From Ramazzottius varieornatus (lineage: Eukaryota > Animalia > Tardigrada): a stretch of 64,000 bases of DNA. The DNA lies in contig BDGG01000001.1 in assembly GCA_001949185.1 (NCBI GenBank), positions 2,931,324 to 2,995,323 of the forward strand, written 5' to 3'. Shown here in pieces: positions 24,662 to 34,900 of the stretch; positions within the stretch are counted from its first letter, which is position 1, and every line of letters starts with the position of its first letter. The notes under the pieces were generated by a model. The model was not told the origin of the DNA and did not search any database. It was given only the letters and a program-made list of their open reading frames with translations. Position numbers and translations under genes: made by a program.

Positions 24662-26023
24662 TCATGAGCGGTCCGTGCTTCTTAGCTTCTCCTCCACGGC
24701 CTCCTTCGATGCTTCCGATTCATCTGTGGCTTGGACGTATTTCGCTATCCCAACCAAGGCTTTCTTTAAGGCGTCAAAACTGCTCGAATACAGCATCTTC
24801 TTCTTGATTTTGGCAGTATCAGGGCACCTGAAAATGATAACAAAATCTAAAACCCCACCCCGAATTCTTCTACAATTGGGGATTCCGGAAGCCAGGCGAA
24901 CAATCTCAACAAGATTCTTTTCCGAAGTGGCGCACGTCCACAGCGTTATTAGCTGACAGCGTGAGCTACTTCAAAACCGATCTTGTCAAGTTTAGTTTTT
25001 GCGTGGGTTCCGTTTACTGCTAAACGAAAACTCGTCCTAACACCTTACCAAGACATAAGAATCAGCTTTTGCTTTAAACTCGTGGCGGCAGTTCCTTGCG
25101 TCTGGTGGTCGTATTCGTAGTCGTAAACTCCATACCGACAGTCGTCAGGTCCGGCACTCATGAGATCTTGCAGGAAGCTATCGTACTTTGCATTTCTGTC
25201 ACCCGACTTTTCCACCACAATCTGCTTCTCATCTTTGATGTAGAAGATTAGATACCTGCAAAACAAGAAACGTTAAACTTATGTACGCACATCGAGATTT
25301 CGTCCTAATAGGCAGCAAAGTACAATCAAACTCGAACTTCCGGCTGGTCTGTCAGACCGCGACGATCTTCGTCGCAAGCTCGTCTTTGATAGAACCGACA
25401 AACTCCCGACATATGGCTCAAGGATCTCGACAGCATTTTAAGTGAATCTTCTCTTCTTAGTACTTTTAATCACGTGGAAATGTACATCTCTTGACAAGAC
25501 TTTTGCCATCTGATAGCTGATACCAAGTTGATAATCATCCATAACAGGTGAGTGTGGTAATTAACGAAATTTGAGATTTTGCAAACAAGCGTAGTGACGG
25601 CGGATAACTACCTGTGTTTCCTGAGCAATGGAACCACACAAGAACTCATTTTTCCTGAATTGTGGTTTGAGAAGAAAGCGAGGTATCAGTGACAATGACG
25701 ATTAGCTTACCGGTGCTTTTTATCTCTCTTGATAGCCTCGAATTGTTGTTTGACATCGTCGGCAACACTGACCCCGGATGCCTGCAATATGAGCGCAGTT
25801 CAATAAACAGACAAAAATGAGCTAATTTTACTAGGTAAACAAAAATAGAGGACTGCGTCAGCGTCAAGGATGCCTTTTATGGTCATTGACAGTGGCGCCC
25901 AAGTTCACGCGTTCCAACACACTCGTCTATCCTTTCCGCTTCACCACATCGGCCAAACGCCGAGCCTCTTGTTCGAAGGACCTACATCCATGCAGGTGAG
26001 AACATCGAAGGAAGACTTACCAT
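24662..26023 (-). CDS. ADF/cofilin (twinstar-like)
   Basis: ATG-only first coding segment (26021-26023 or 26292-26294) plus exons 25711-25781 (ASGVSVADDVKQQFEAIKRDKKHR), 25049-25255 and 24662-24827 (WCPDTAKIKKKMLYSSSFDALKK); very close to arthropod cofilin. Confidence 0.95.
24899..24997 (-). repeat. Intronic hairpin family, copy b (cofilin intron)
   Basis: CTCAACAAGATT...AAGTGGCGCACGT-loop-GTGAGCTACTT...GATCTTGTCAAGTTT; on the minus strand the loop reads CAGCTAATAACGCTG. Confidence 0.75.
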
Positions 26024-27747
26024 CTTGAGGATTCAGCGACAATCACAACTTGCAAAACTCTGCCTTGGGATAAAGCCCCGAACAAGACCAGAATCGCAGA
26101 CGTAGTCACAAAGAAAAAGTAGAGCACGCTGCCTGCAGTGCAAAATCACACATCCGTACAGCAAGCGAAGATTTCTCTCGAGAACGTTGCGCTGGTTATT
26201 AGCGCCAGTTTAGTTAACTCCACTGCACAGCGTGACGATGACGAAGTTCAGTCAAATTTGGGTATCGTACAGATCTTCAGTCCACACTTACCATGATAGC
26301 TCGCTTGTACACGCCGAGTCAAACGATGGCTGCAGCTGCAAGTCTGTTGCTGTCCTCCACTAGTCCGTGATGAGCCGAGAGTCCAAGAGACGCGTCAATG
26401 GAGAGCGACTTGTTTCTGTCAGCAACCGTCTATTAGTGTGAAAATCTACCACAACTCGTACAGCACTGCATGAGTCGTCAGCTTCGGCCAATCTCGAAGT
26501 AAACAGTCCTTGGGAAGGAACCTTCTGATAATGAAGTCACGGATGTCCAGTTCCCCCTTAGAGATGGAAGATAAGAACTGAAGAAGAATTTAGAACTTCA
26601 GCAACCAGAGAAAATACGCTCGGGTGAAAAATTCTTCATGCTGCTTTTGTCCTTGGGGCTGCTGAGGGTAAACCGCCGCTCTCCAGAGTCCAGACGGCAG
26701 ACTGTCCAGTGTTCAACGAAACACGAATGCTGGTTTGCTGCCTTCAGCAAAATCTCGTGAGCTAAATCCAGTGTTGTTTCAATATGACTTTTTTGATTTT
26801 AATTGCACTTACGATTGACTGGAATACCACGGGCCGCAGCAATTTCAATAATGTGGGGATTCAGTCCAGCTGAATTAGTAATTACAATGAATAGGAATTC
26901 AGCTCGGTACAGCAACTGAAAATATTTAAGTTGTGGTAGTTCATTTTCGTGATTTTGATATTCATACGACTGCTACTTTCACGCACCGTAAGCCTCTCGT
27001 TTCATGCGAGTAGAATGCCCGTCAGATGTTTAGCACAAAGCATGGCACAACCAAGGCACTGTATACGGATGCGCTGACGTCAACTCGATTGTTATGCTTC
27101 TGAAACAGAGCCCTGGCGCAGTAGCTGAAACCAGTGCTGCTTCTGCACTGCACCCGGTTTCCAGAACCTGCAACTGCACTACGTCTGCAATAGTGGGCTG
27201 TTTTCCAAACTACAACTGGACTGCACTGCATTAAAAAATTAAGAGTTTCTGCCCACCAACGGAAATGCATGTAAACGTCGTTGTTTTACGAAGAATCAAG
27301 CGGAAAACGGTAGAATCGGGCCAGAAAATGCAAACCAAGACCGATTTTACTACTGTTTTCTAGCCCACAACAGAGTACTGCGATGAACGGTGCTCACTTT
27401 TTCAAAACTGCAACTGCACTGCAACTGCAATTAAGCACATTAAGTTGCCAGTCCACGTTCACATTCCCACTGTAGCGAAGGCTTGCTCCGCCCCTTTTGT
27501 GACGGGTAACTACAATTTACTTCCCGGAGCTCCCCTTATTTTCCGCAAATAAGGGGAGTCGGAATTCCGGTTAGATAGCATTGGGAAGCATGATGGTTGC
27601 CCAACTATTCAAGGTTGTGGCTCAAAAATCGATTTTTGATTTCGCCATAAATTCTTTTTATGGTGATCATTTGACATTCCTGCTCTTTGTTGTAGTATTA
27701 TTTCTTGTACAGCGTCACAGGTCTTCCTTAGGGGAAGGAAGGTGAAC

Positions 27748-28762
27748 ATGGAGGGCGAGGAAGAGTTTTCTGTCGATGCTGCATTGGCAGTGAGATCCCC
27801 AGCATCGGTGACAAGCGGAGGAGCTGCGGCCGAGTTAGCACTACAATGGGACGAGGACAGCCAAGTTCGCCTTCTTCGTCAGTATCGCACCACAGCGGAA
27901 GTTTTCGCAGGTACCGATACAGAGATGTGGAATGATATATTCCAGAAGCTCAGATCAGCTGGGATGAAGCTGAAGACTGCCCGTTCTGCCAAAGACAAGT
28001 TGACAGAAATGATCAAGGCGTTCAAGGCATCGAATCGCCTTGACGAGTGGAAATCGGGAGATCCCGGGACCTTCACAGAAAAAGAGCAGCTGTTGGTTGA
28101 GCTAGTCAACTATTCAAAGAGCATGAAGGGAAGCGTCGAAAGAAGCAGTCCGTCAAGAGGGTGCTGGAAGATGAGAAGCAGTCGCGCAAAGACAAGAAGA
28201 TGATGGACGCGACCACCTTCTGCAAGCGCAAACGTCGCTTCAATGGAGCTCGTGAGCTGACTCCTGATCCTCTGGACGGTAAGTTTTTCGAGTTTCAGGT
28301 AAGATCGCGCTGCCATTACTGAGATGGGTATTTAGGTGAAATGGCGAGAGATTGCAACAGGTATCAGATACCAGGTGCGGCACTTGACCCGGGTCAAGTG
28401 GCGTATCCCTTACGCAGGTCAAGTGGTGCACATGAAATGTGTTGCTTTTAGGTGGGAAGTCGGACGAAGAAGTCACCAATACACCAAAGCGTGAACGTAC
28501 TAGCTATAATCACATGATCAGTACTTTCTTGGACGGTTCTTCAGATGTGAAGATGAAGGAGCTGCAGCTCAAGCAGGAACAGCTGGAAGTGGAGCGTGGC
28601 CGTGAGTCTCGTCTGGCCGAAGAATACAAAATGAAGTACGATCTGGAACTAAATGAAGTACGAATGGGAGCTGACAATCAGAAGGACGAATCTAACCGTA
28701 AGCGAGATGAACTGATGGCTGCTGTCATGATGGAAGCATTGAAAGGTCTGAAGAAAGATTGA
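27748..28762 (+). pseudogene. Harbinger Myb/SANT-like DNA-binding protein, apparently frameshifted near 28125-28130
   Basis: W-spaced trihelix pattern (LQWDEDSQVRLL...MWNDIFQKL...KTARSAKDKL). Frame 1 stops at 28203, but a -1 shift continues (KRRKKQSVKR...PDPLD) to a GTAAG donor at 28279, and exon 28452-28762 is in phase with it. Confidence 0.7.
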
Positions 28763-29018
28763 GCATCGCTTCGAGATAAGCTCTACAGGTGAATTTATAC
28801 CTGCGTACTTTTCTACCTTTACCAAACGTCCTGACATTCCTTGCCTTATAGTGAAGTCAATAATCAAGGTACTCTCGCTTCTTAGACTTAATTCGTAAGG
28901 CTGTTTTTGATCAGAATTGTGTTGTACCAGATTCTATGCAAAAAACGTTTCGCGGTGCGTGGCATAAATAACAGCATAACGAATCGGAAATGCGTCACTT
29001 TTGCGGGAACCGGAAACC

Positions 29019-29110
29019 AGTTGGGCAACTTCGCCGGCCTGTAGTTGAGCAACTTTGCCGGCCTGTAGTTGGGTAATTCCGCCGGTATTTACTTAGGCAA
29101 CTCTACCGGC
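29019..29110. repeat. About 4 degenerate 24-bp tandem repeats between the transposon ORFs
   Basis: AGTTGGGCAACTTCGCCGGCCTGT / AGTTGAGCAACTTTGCCGGCCTGT / AGTTGGGTAATTCCGCCGG... Confidence 0.8.
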
Positions 29111-29271
29111 ACGTTTCGCGGTTTCGACCACGTCCAGCACACAATATAAAGATAAAACGATACTAGGCCGCGCGAGTTCAGACGGGTACTAGGATTCGCG
29201 AGACGTGTCATGTAGCCCACTATTGGATGAAACCAGGACTTCTTTCGGTTTGCGAGATATGTCTTTTGATT

Positions 29272-30463
29272 TTAATCTTGCTGGTTTTTCAAGTACTGCT
29301 CCAGAGACGGAGGCGCTACACCGAAGAAATCCGACACCTTGCCTGCATGACCGAGACAGACTCTACAGTTAGTCAAAAGTGTACCAATGGTGTATAACGT
29401 TCCGACTGGCTGCCACAGTATTTTCAAATTCTTAGAATAATCCAGAAAGGCGAACTGCTGAATGACTTCCCCGAAACCCCATTCTACAGCAATGCGTACT
29501 TCTGCCATGGCCTTGTTAAAGTCTGTTTCTTCCTCGGACAGCTCTGCAGCGCCTGCGCGAAACGGAGCTTCTAGATATTCGGAGATGGGATATGTAGGAT
29601 CTCCATAAACACGGTAAACTGCCCCGACTTCAGCCATCTTGTTCTTGAGAAGGTCCAGCAGTCCGCTTTCAGCCAGCATCCCTGAAACATAATTTTTTCA
29701 AATTGGCAAACAAGCTGGGCAAGATCGTTTTCCCAAGCGGCGCACGCTTTTAGCTAGTAGCACTGACGACCTGCGCCGCTTGGGCTAAACATAACATGAG
29801 CCAGCTACCTGAATCATGGCGTCTGCCAGGCCACGGTCCGTCCAGGTTAACAACCAATCCATTAGGCGCCATCACGGACTGGAACTTCAAGCCATGCAGA
29901 CGATAGTGGCCACTGTAGATGGTTTTCTGATCGACTTTCGGTCGGCAACAGGGACGAAAAGATCCGTCGATGAAACCCCACACAGCGCGAAGTGGTGCGC
30001 CCTTTCGTCGTACTGCTTTGCAGAAGAGAGAGATTTCTGCTGCTGTGAGCCAACACAAAACTAGGGATGTGAGAAGATGCCCGAACTTCGATTCCACGTG
30101 ACCTACAATCCAGCTGAAAGCCATTAATAACTCCGGTTTGCTTCGCCGATAAATTAGCTTGAGGGTGGTGTATCGGCTGGGATAGGCAAGTCGTCCAAGG
30201 AGAATACAAAGGATCTCAACTCCATCAAACAGTGATTTGTTCTCCAGACTAACAACATCAGGTATGCCGAAACCTTCTTTCAAGCGAGGGATGTTTTCTC
30301 GTGTGAAGCGAAACCATTCCCATACATCCGAATCATCTATCGCGTTTAAGTCAAACGGTATCCTCAGTGGCCTCTCCACCTCCGGTAGGGACAGCATCAG
30401 AACAGTTTCCTCATAAGACAAAGCTTTGGACATCAGAAGCACACAAGTTATTTTTCTATCCAT
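29272..30463 (-). CDS. HARBI1-like DDE transposase (DDE_Tnp_4), 354 aa, intron 29682-29808
   Basis: GFIDGS...YSGH...GRRHDS|GML...YGDPTY...RIAVEWGFG; the two exons (655+410 nt) join in frame with an intact D-D-E triad. Confidence 0.92.
29708..29784 (+). repeat. Intronic hairpin family, copy c (transposase intron; right arm truncated)
   Basis: CAAGATCGTTTTCCCAAGCGGCGCACG-loop(AGCTAGTAGCACTG)-GCGCCGCTTGGG. Confidence 0.7.
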
Positions 30464-31970
30464 GGTTCAAGCGTATCCGCGAAGGAAAATAAGCTTCGGA
30501 GAAGAAGAAAATATCGGAAGCAAACTCAATTTGCTTGTTCAGCCTAGCTGCAGGAAAGTTTAGCGTGCGTGATAACTTAACCTACAACGAAATCTTCACA
30601 TACGATTCCGGTCCCGCTTGTTAGCTACAGTTGGAGAGTGAACGGGGACTGGCAACTTAATGTGCTTATTTTCTCACCATTCTGGCGACTGCAGCTGCAC
30701 TGCATTGCAGTAAAATGCAGTGGAGTGCAGAACGTGCTGCATGTTGCAGGGCTCTATTTTGAAAGTCTCGCGCGTACGCCATCAAAAAAATGCCTCAGTA
30801 CTTAGCACAGTGTACAAAATAAACCCTTAAAAAAGGGTGTTAGATGGAGCCAGATGGATAAAGCCAATGTCATTTGCGCATGCAGCAAAATATAATTCTC
30901 ATTGGCTGAGTTGTAAATGAGCTCAAGCTGCAGTGTTACGCCCATTTTAACGGTTAACTTTGTCGTACACTGTAGAGGGAAACGATCCAACTTGAATGTA
31001 CGCTGAAGCACCGCGCGTGGTTTAGGGCGCTGCACAGTGAGCATCGTGCTGCTCACCATGGTGCGACATGCACATACGCACATATATTCGCCCAATCAAG
31101 CGCCAAACACGCGTAGAAACTCCGACACTCAATGCACCCATGTGCAATTCATCGCGCCATTTTGCGCAAATTTGATAACTCAAATTGTCACATGCTCAAT
31201 TTCGATTACCAATTACAATTTTGTTCTATTTTCCGACTTTCACTATAATTCTAATTAATATTCAAACTGTCTAGCTTAGAATTCTCAATTCCAATTGTCA
31301 TATTAGAAGTCGAAAACCGTCGTTTTTGGCCATTTTCAATTATCAATTGTAATGATCGAAACAACACTGACCAAATCTTCCACGAAAACGCAAAAAAGGG
31401 TTGTGCAGCGCACGAACTTGGATGAGTTTTCTGTAAACACCTCGTAGAAAGAAGGCGAAACGAGCTAAATAGCTCCGCAGGACTGCAGTGCCTTGCTTGA
31501 TTTTCCTGCAACTCAGCAAGTAACCGCCCAAAATGAATCTTTCCCCTTAACGAGTCAGCAACCCAGGGGATAGACAGCCGAAATTGACAACTAACCCTCC
31601 CAAAAACGCTACGCTTGCCCAATCAGCAGAATACGAACGGAGCCGTAATTTATCGCAACTTCTGTTATCATTCCTGTAACGTTTTCGCAACGACCTGGAT
31701 TTTCTCGTTTTGCTCAATGATCGGGATCTTATCTTACTTTCTTCTTCCTGCTGTATGCGTTGTTCCTTATCTATCTACTTACGATCCTATCCTGATTGTA
31801 TATTCACGGCATCCACATCTGGTACAGGAAGGGTAGCGCGGGTGAGTTCGTTCTTTCTGTGTGTGTCATGCGCCAGTGAAGGTCCTTGTGCGAGTGGGCA
31901 ATCAGCGTCAATTACACTCTTCGCAGGGTACAATATGCCAACTTGGCTAGGACGAACCTAACGCAACATC

Positions 31971-34900
31971 ATGGCCGGGCCAGGCAGACTCGGCCTGGGG
32001 TTCGTAACAAGCGATCGTCTTCAGGAAGGTGCCGGAAGTGAAATGAACAGAAGTAACAGCGGGAGCAACGACTTGGCAGCTGGTAAATGTTATGATAGTG
32101 TCTGCGACTGTTCAGTGGATGCAAGTGCAGCATTTTCGGGTGATGAGCTGGACCGCGATTGATAGTGATATACTACAGGTGCGAAGCGTAGCCCATTCAT
32201 CGGGTTGTTTTGGGACATCGAGAACTGCGCGATTCCGCCTTCTAAGAGCGTCAAAGATGTCGTCACATTCCTTCGCCAGAAATTCGTTCTACAACCTGGA
32301 CGCAGGGAAAGAGAATTCACCGTGGTCTGTGATACTAGGAAGGAAAGAACAGCTGATGAGCTAGGAGAACAGCAGGTCGGTTATAACTTGCGTTCTTTTT
32401 GTTGATGTTGATCACAGTATAGGTCAGTTTTAGCCACTTGTTGAATACATTAGGTTCACAGTCTGTCGTTTCTCGGATTGTCGCATGCTGGTCGTTAACT
32501 TTGTAGGTGAACGTGGTGCATATCCAAGCAAGATCCAAGAACGCGGCAGACGACCGACTACGCACCGTCATGCGCAAATTCTACGACACGCATAATCCGG
32601 GAGATGTTTGCCTGTTGATTTCGGGTAAGCTTCTGTCTACCGGCAGTGCGAGGTAATTTTACTGTGTTGTTGTCTGTCTATAGGAGATATCAACTTCCAG
32701 GTCGGTGGACTATGCTACTCTGAGCATCTCAAGTTCAGAATATCTTGAGGCAATGGCTCCCCATACTACAGTACCATTCTCCAACTCCACACCATCAAAG
32801 TTTTCCGCGTACTATCTTCTAATTATCGCTATTTACTCCACCAGTTGCTCCGTCTACTATCGGAGCTATGAAATTTTGGTCGGCCGATCTGTTTCGAAAT
32901 CATCGACGCGCAAGGCTTGCAACGGCAAAAAAAGACCTTTACAAAGGAGGGCATGCTATGATGATGGGACTGGCTTTACGTGCCTCCTTTGTAACTACTT
33001 GTAAATGTGGACTATTGCGCCGTGCCGCCCCAACTCGTGGTTGAACTGTGCGCAGAATATGCAGCAATTCCCGCCGGTGACCTGGTCCTGGACCGCAGGG
33101 GACCCGTAGTGGGTGGCAGTAAGACTGAGCTAGTTCAGAGTTCACATTGGAGTTAAATTTTTAGAAAGACACGCGAAACTAACATCTACGTAGTACTCGT
33201 AGCAAAAGGTAGTGTCGAAGGTAGTACGCGGAGCCTTCTGGTAGTGCGTAGCATTTAGTGTAGTGTACGGTAGTGCGCGGAGTATTTAGGTGGTGCGGGT
33301 AGTATGCGGAGCCATTACCATATCTTGATCTCGCCTGAGTTCTAATATGATGTGCAGGAAACCTTGATGACGGGAAAGCTGGACAAACAGCTCCGTATTA
33401 TCGTGCTGCATCCAGGAAGAGCCAACGACAACTTCCTTCAGTTCACCGACGAGGTCTACTCGTTCGAAGATCTGATGGATCAAGTACCTGATGCAGAGAA
33501 GAAAGTCTATGCTGTAAGTTCCTCAGTCTTTATTCCTGTACAATTCATATTTTCAAACGAGAGTCTTTGTGGGTTGCAGAACCATGATTTCAACAACACG
33601 CTGTACGTCGCGAACCTTCCTCCGACATGGGACATGGACAAGCTACAAAGGACTCTTCGGAGCAAGGTCGAGATGCTTGGGGGAAGGGTAACTGTGGATA
33701 AGGCCAAACGCCTAGCCATGGTTCGTTTCGCCAACCCCAGCCAGACACGAAGGTAAAGAAAGGTAGACTTAGGCTAGGACGTTGAACAAATCTTCCCGAC
33801 TGATGTCCACTGTTTGTGTGCCTGACAAACAAACTCGACCAGATTGTTTTCCCCCAGTAGCGCATGTTAGAAGCCGATAATACTGAGAAAACGCGCCACG
33901 TGGAAGAACGATCTTGCCGAGCTCTCATCTAATCTTCTGTAATGGTCCTAATAGTTCATTCTTCTTGGTTTCTTTTCGACAGAGGTTACGCTAAGATGCG
34001 GGATGAGGATATTGGTGGCTACATCACCCAGTGTTCTTTTCACTCAAAGTCCGAGTTGGAAAAAGAGCGACAGCAGAATGAAGGCATTAGATCAGCGGCC
34101 CCCCGTCATCACCATAACAGTGGTAACAGTTGGCAGAACGGCTACAGTCCACCCAGTGGCCCTAGTCAACTCGCTGACTCCATGTCAGAGCTGCATGTGA
34201 CCAACGGGGTCCCAACTCAAGCCCAACGAGGGATCTTCGCCAGTCACAAACGAGACGACAGTCTCAGTTACTCAGCGGCGTTGGCTGGCCCCAGTGGAGC
34301 GAACAACGTAGTATCGCATGTAAGCCAAGGACTGGAACCAAAGGTAGCGCAAGCGCCGCAGCCCGCAGAGCCATTCGCGCTGAAGAAGACTAAGACTCCC
34401 GGGTTCTTTGAGCGATACTGGGATCGAGAAACGCTGAAGAATGTCTCCGTACAGAATACAGGAAACCGATCGGGAGATGAGGATACACCAAGAGTGAGTC
34501 TTCTCAAACGAGAGCCTCGGTCAGCGCAAGGGTTCAACTTGGGAGTTTCAAAGTCGTCAGCTGGCAACGCAGGAGGTAATTACATTCGTCTCATAACTTG
34601 TGAGCTCGGCGAACAAACTTACTTGTTCAGCCAGATCGTTCCTCCAAGTGGCGCATGTTGTCAATCAATGACACTGAAAGCATCCGCCACTTGGGAAAAT
34701 AATCTGGTCGAGATTGTTTTGCCAAGCTCCACTTTGTGCAGAGTTTTTCAAACAGTCTGCTGTCAAGTTCTAATCATGTAGTTTCAACCAAGTTTCAATC
34801 GTGTTGCCTCGTAGATGGTTCTTCTAGCGGCGGGATGGAAAGTGAGACAAAGTCCCGACAGAACTCCGGAGGCAGTGAAGGAGACCATCAAGATTTGGTT

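Larger units (their letters stand above)
27432..30668. mobile_element. PIF/Harbinger (PHIS)-type DNA transposon with two convergent ORFs
   Basis: 45-bp TIRs at 27432-27476 and 30624-30668 (41/45 identical, first 23 perfect: TAAGCACATTAAGTTGCCAGTCC); encloses a Myb/SANT-like ORF and a HARBI1-like DDE transposase. Confidence 0.92.
27106..30756. mobile_element. hAT-like MITE (~414 bp on its own) split by the Harbinger insertion
   Basis: Termini CAGAGCCCTG / TAGAGCCCTG (reverse complement); 8-bp TSD TTCTGAAA (27098-27105) vs TTTTGAAA (30757-30764); CTGCA(A/C) subterminal repeats on both sides of the inner element. Confidence 0.7.

Noticed and set aside
24940-24956. Hairpin loop GCTAATAACGC equals the tRNA-Ile anticodon loop
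   Set aside because: Only about 11 nt in one copy; no A/B boxes or cloverleaf, so a tRNA origin is unsupported.
29019-29110. Regularly spaced 24-bp repeats considered as a CRISPR-like array
   Set aside because: Units are contiguous with no unique spacers, the context is eukaryotic and there are no cas genes.
30770-31640. Possible further transposon remnant upstream of MARF1
   Set aside because: No matching termini or TSD could be found by eye.
33877-33886. Hairpin-family loop contains TAATACTG/TAACACTG, the 5' ends of miR-8/miR-200-family miRNAs
   Set aside because: The motif lies in the loop rather than the stem, the following bases do not match these miRNAs, and copies vary; likely coincidence.
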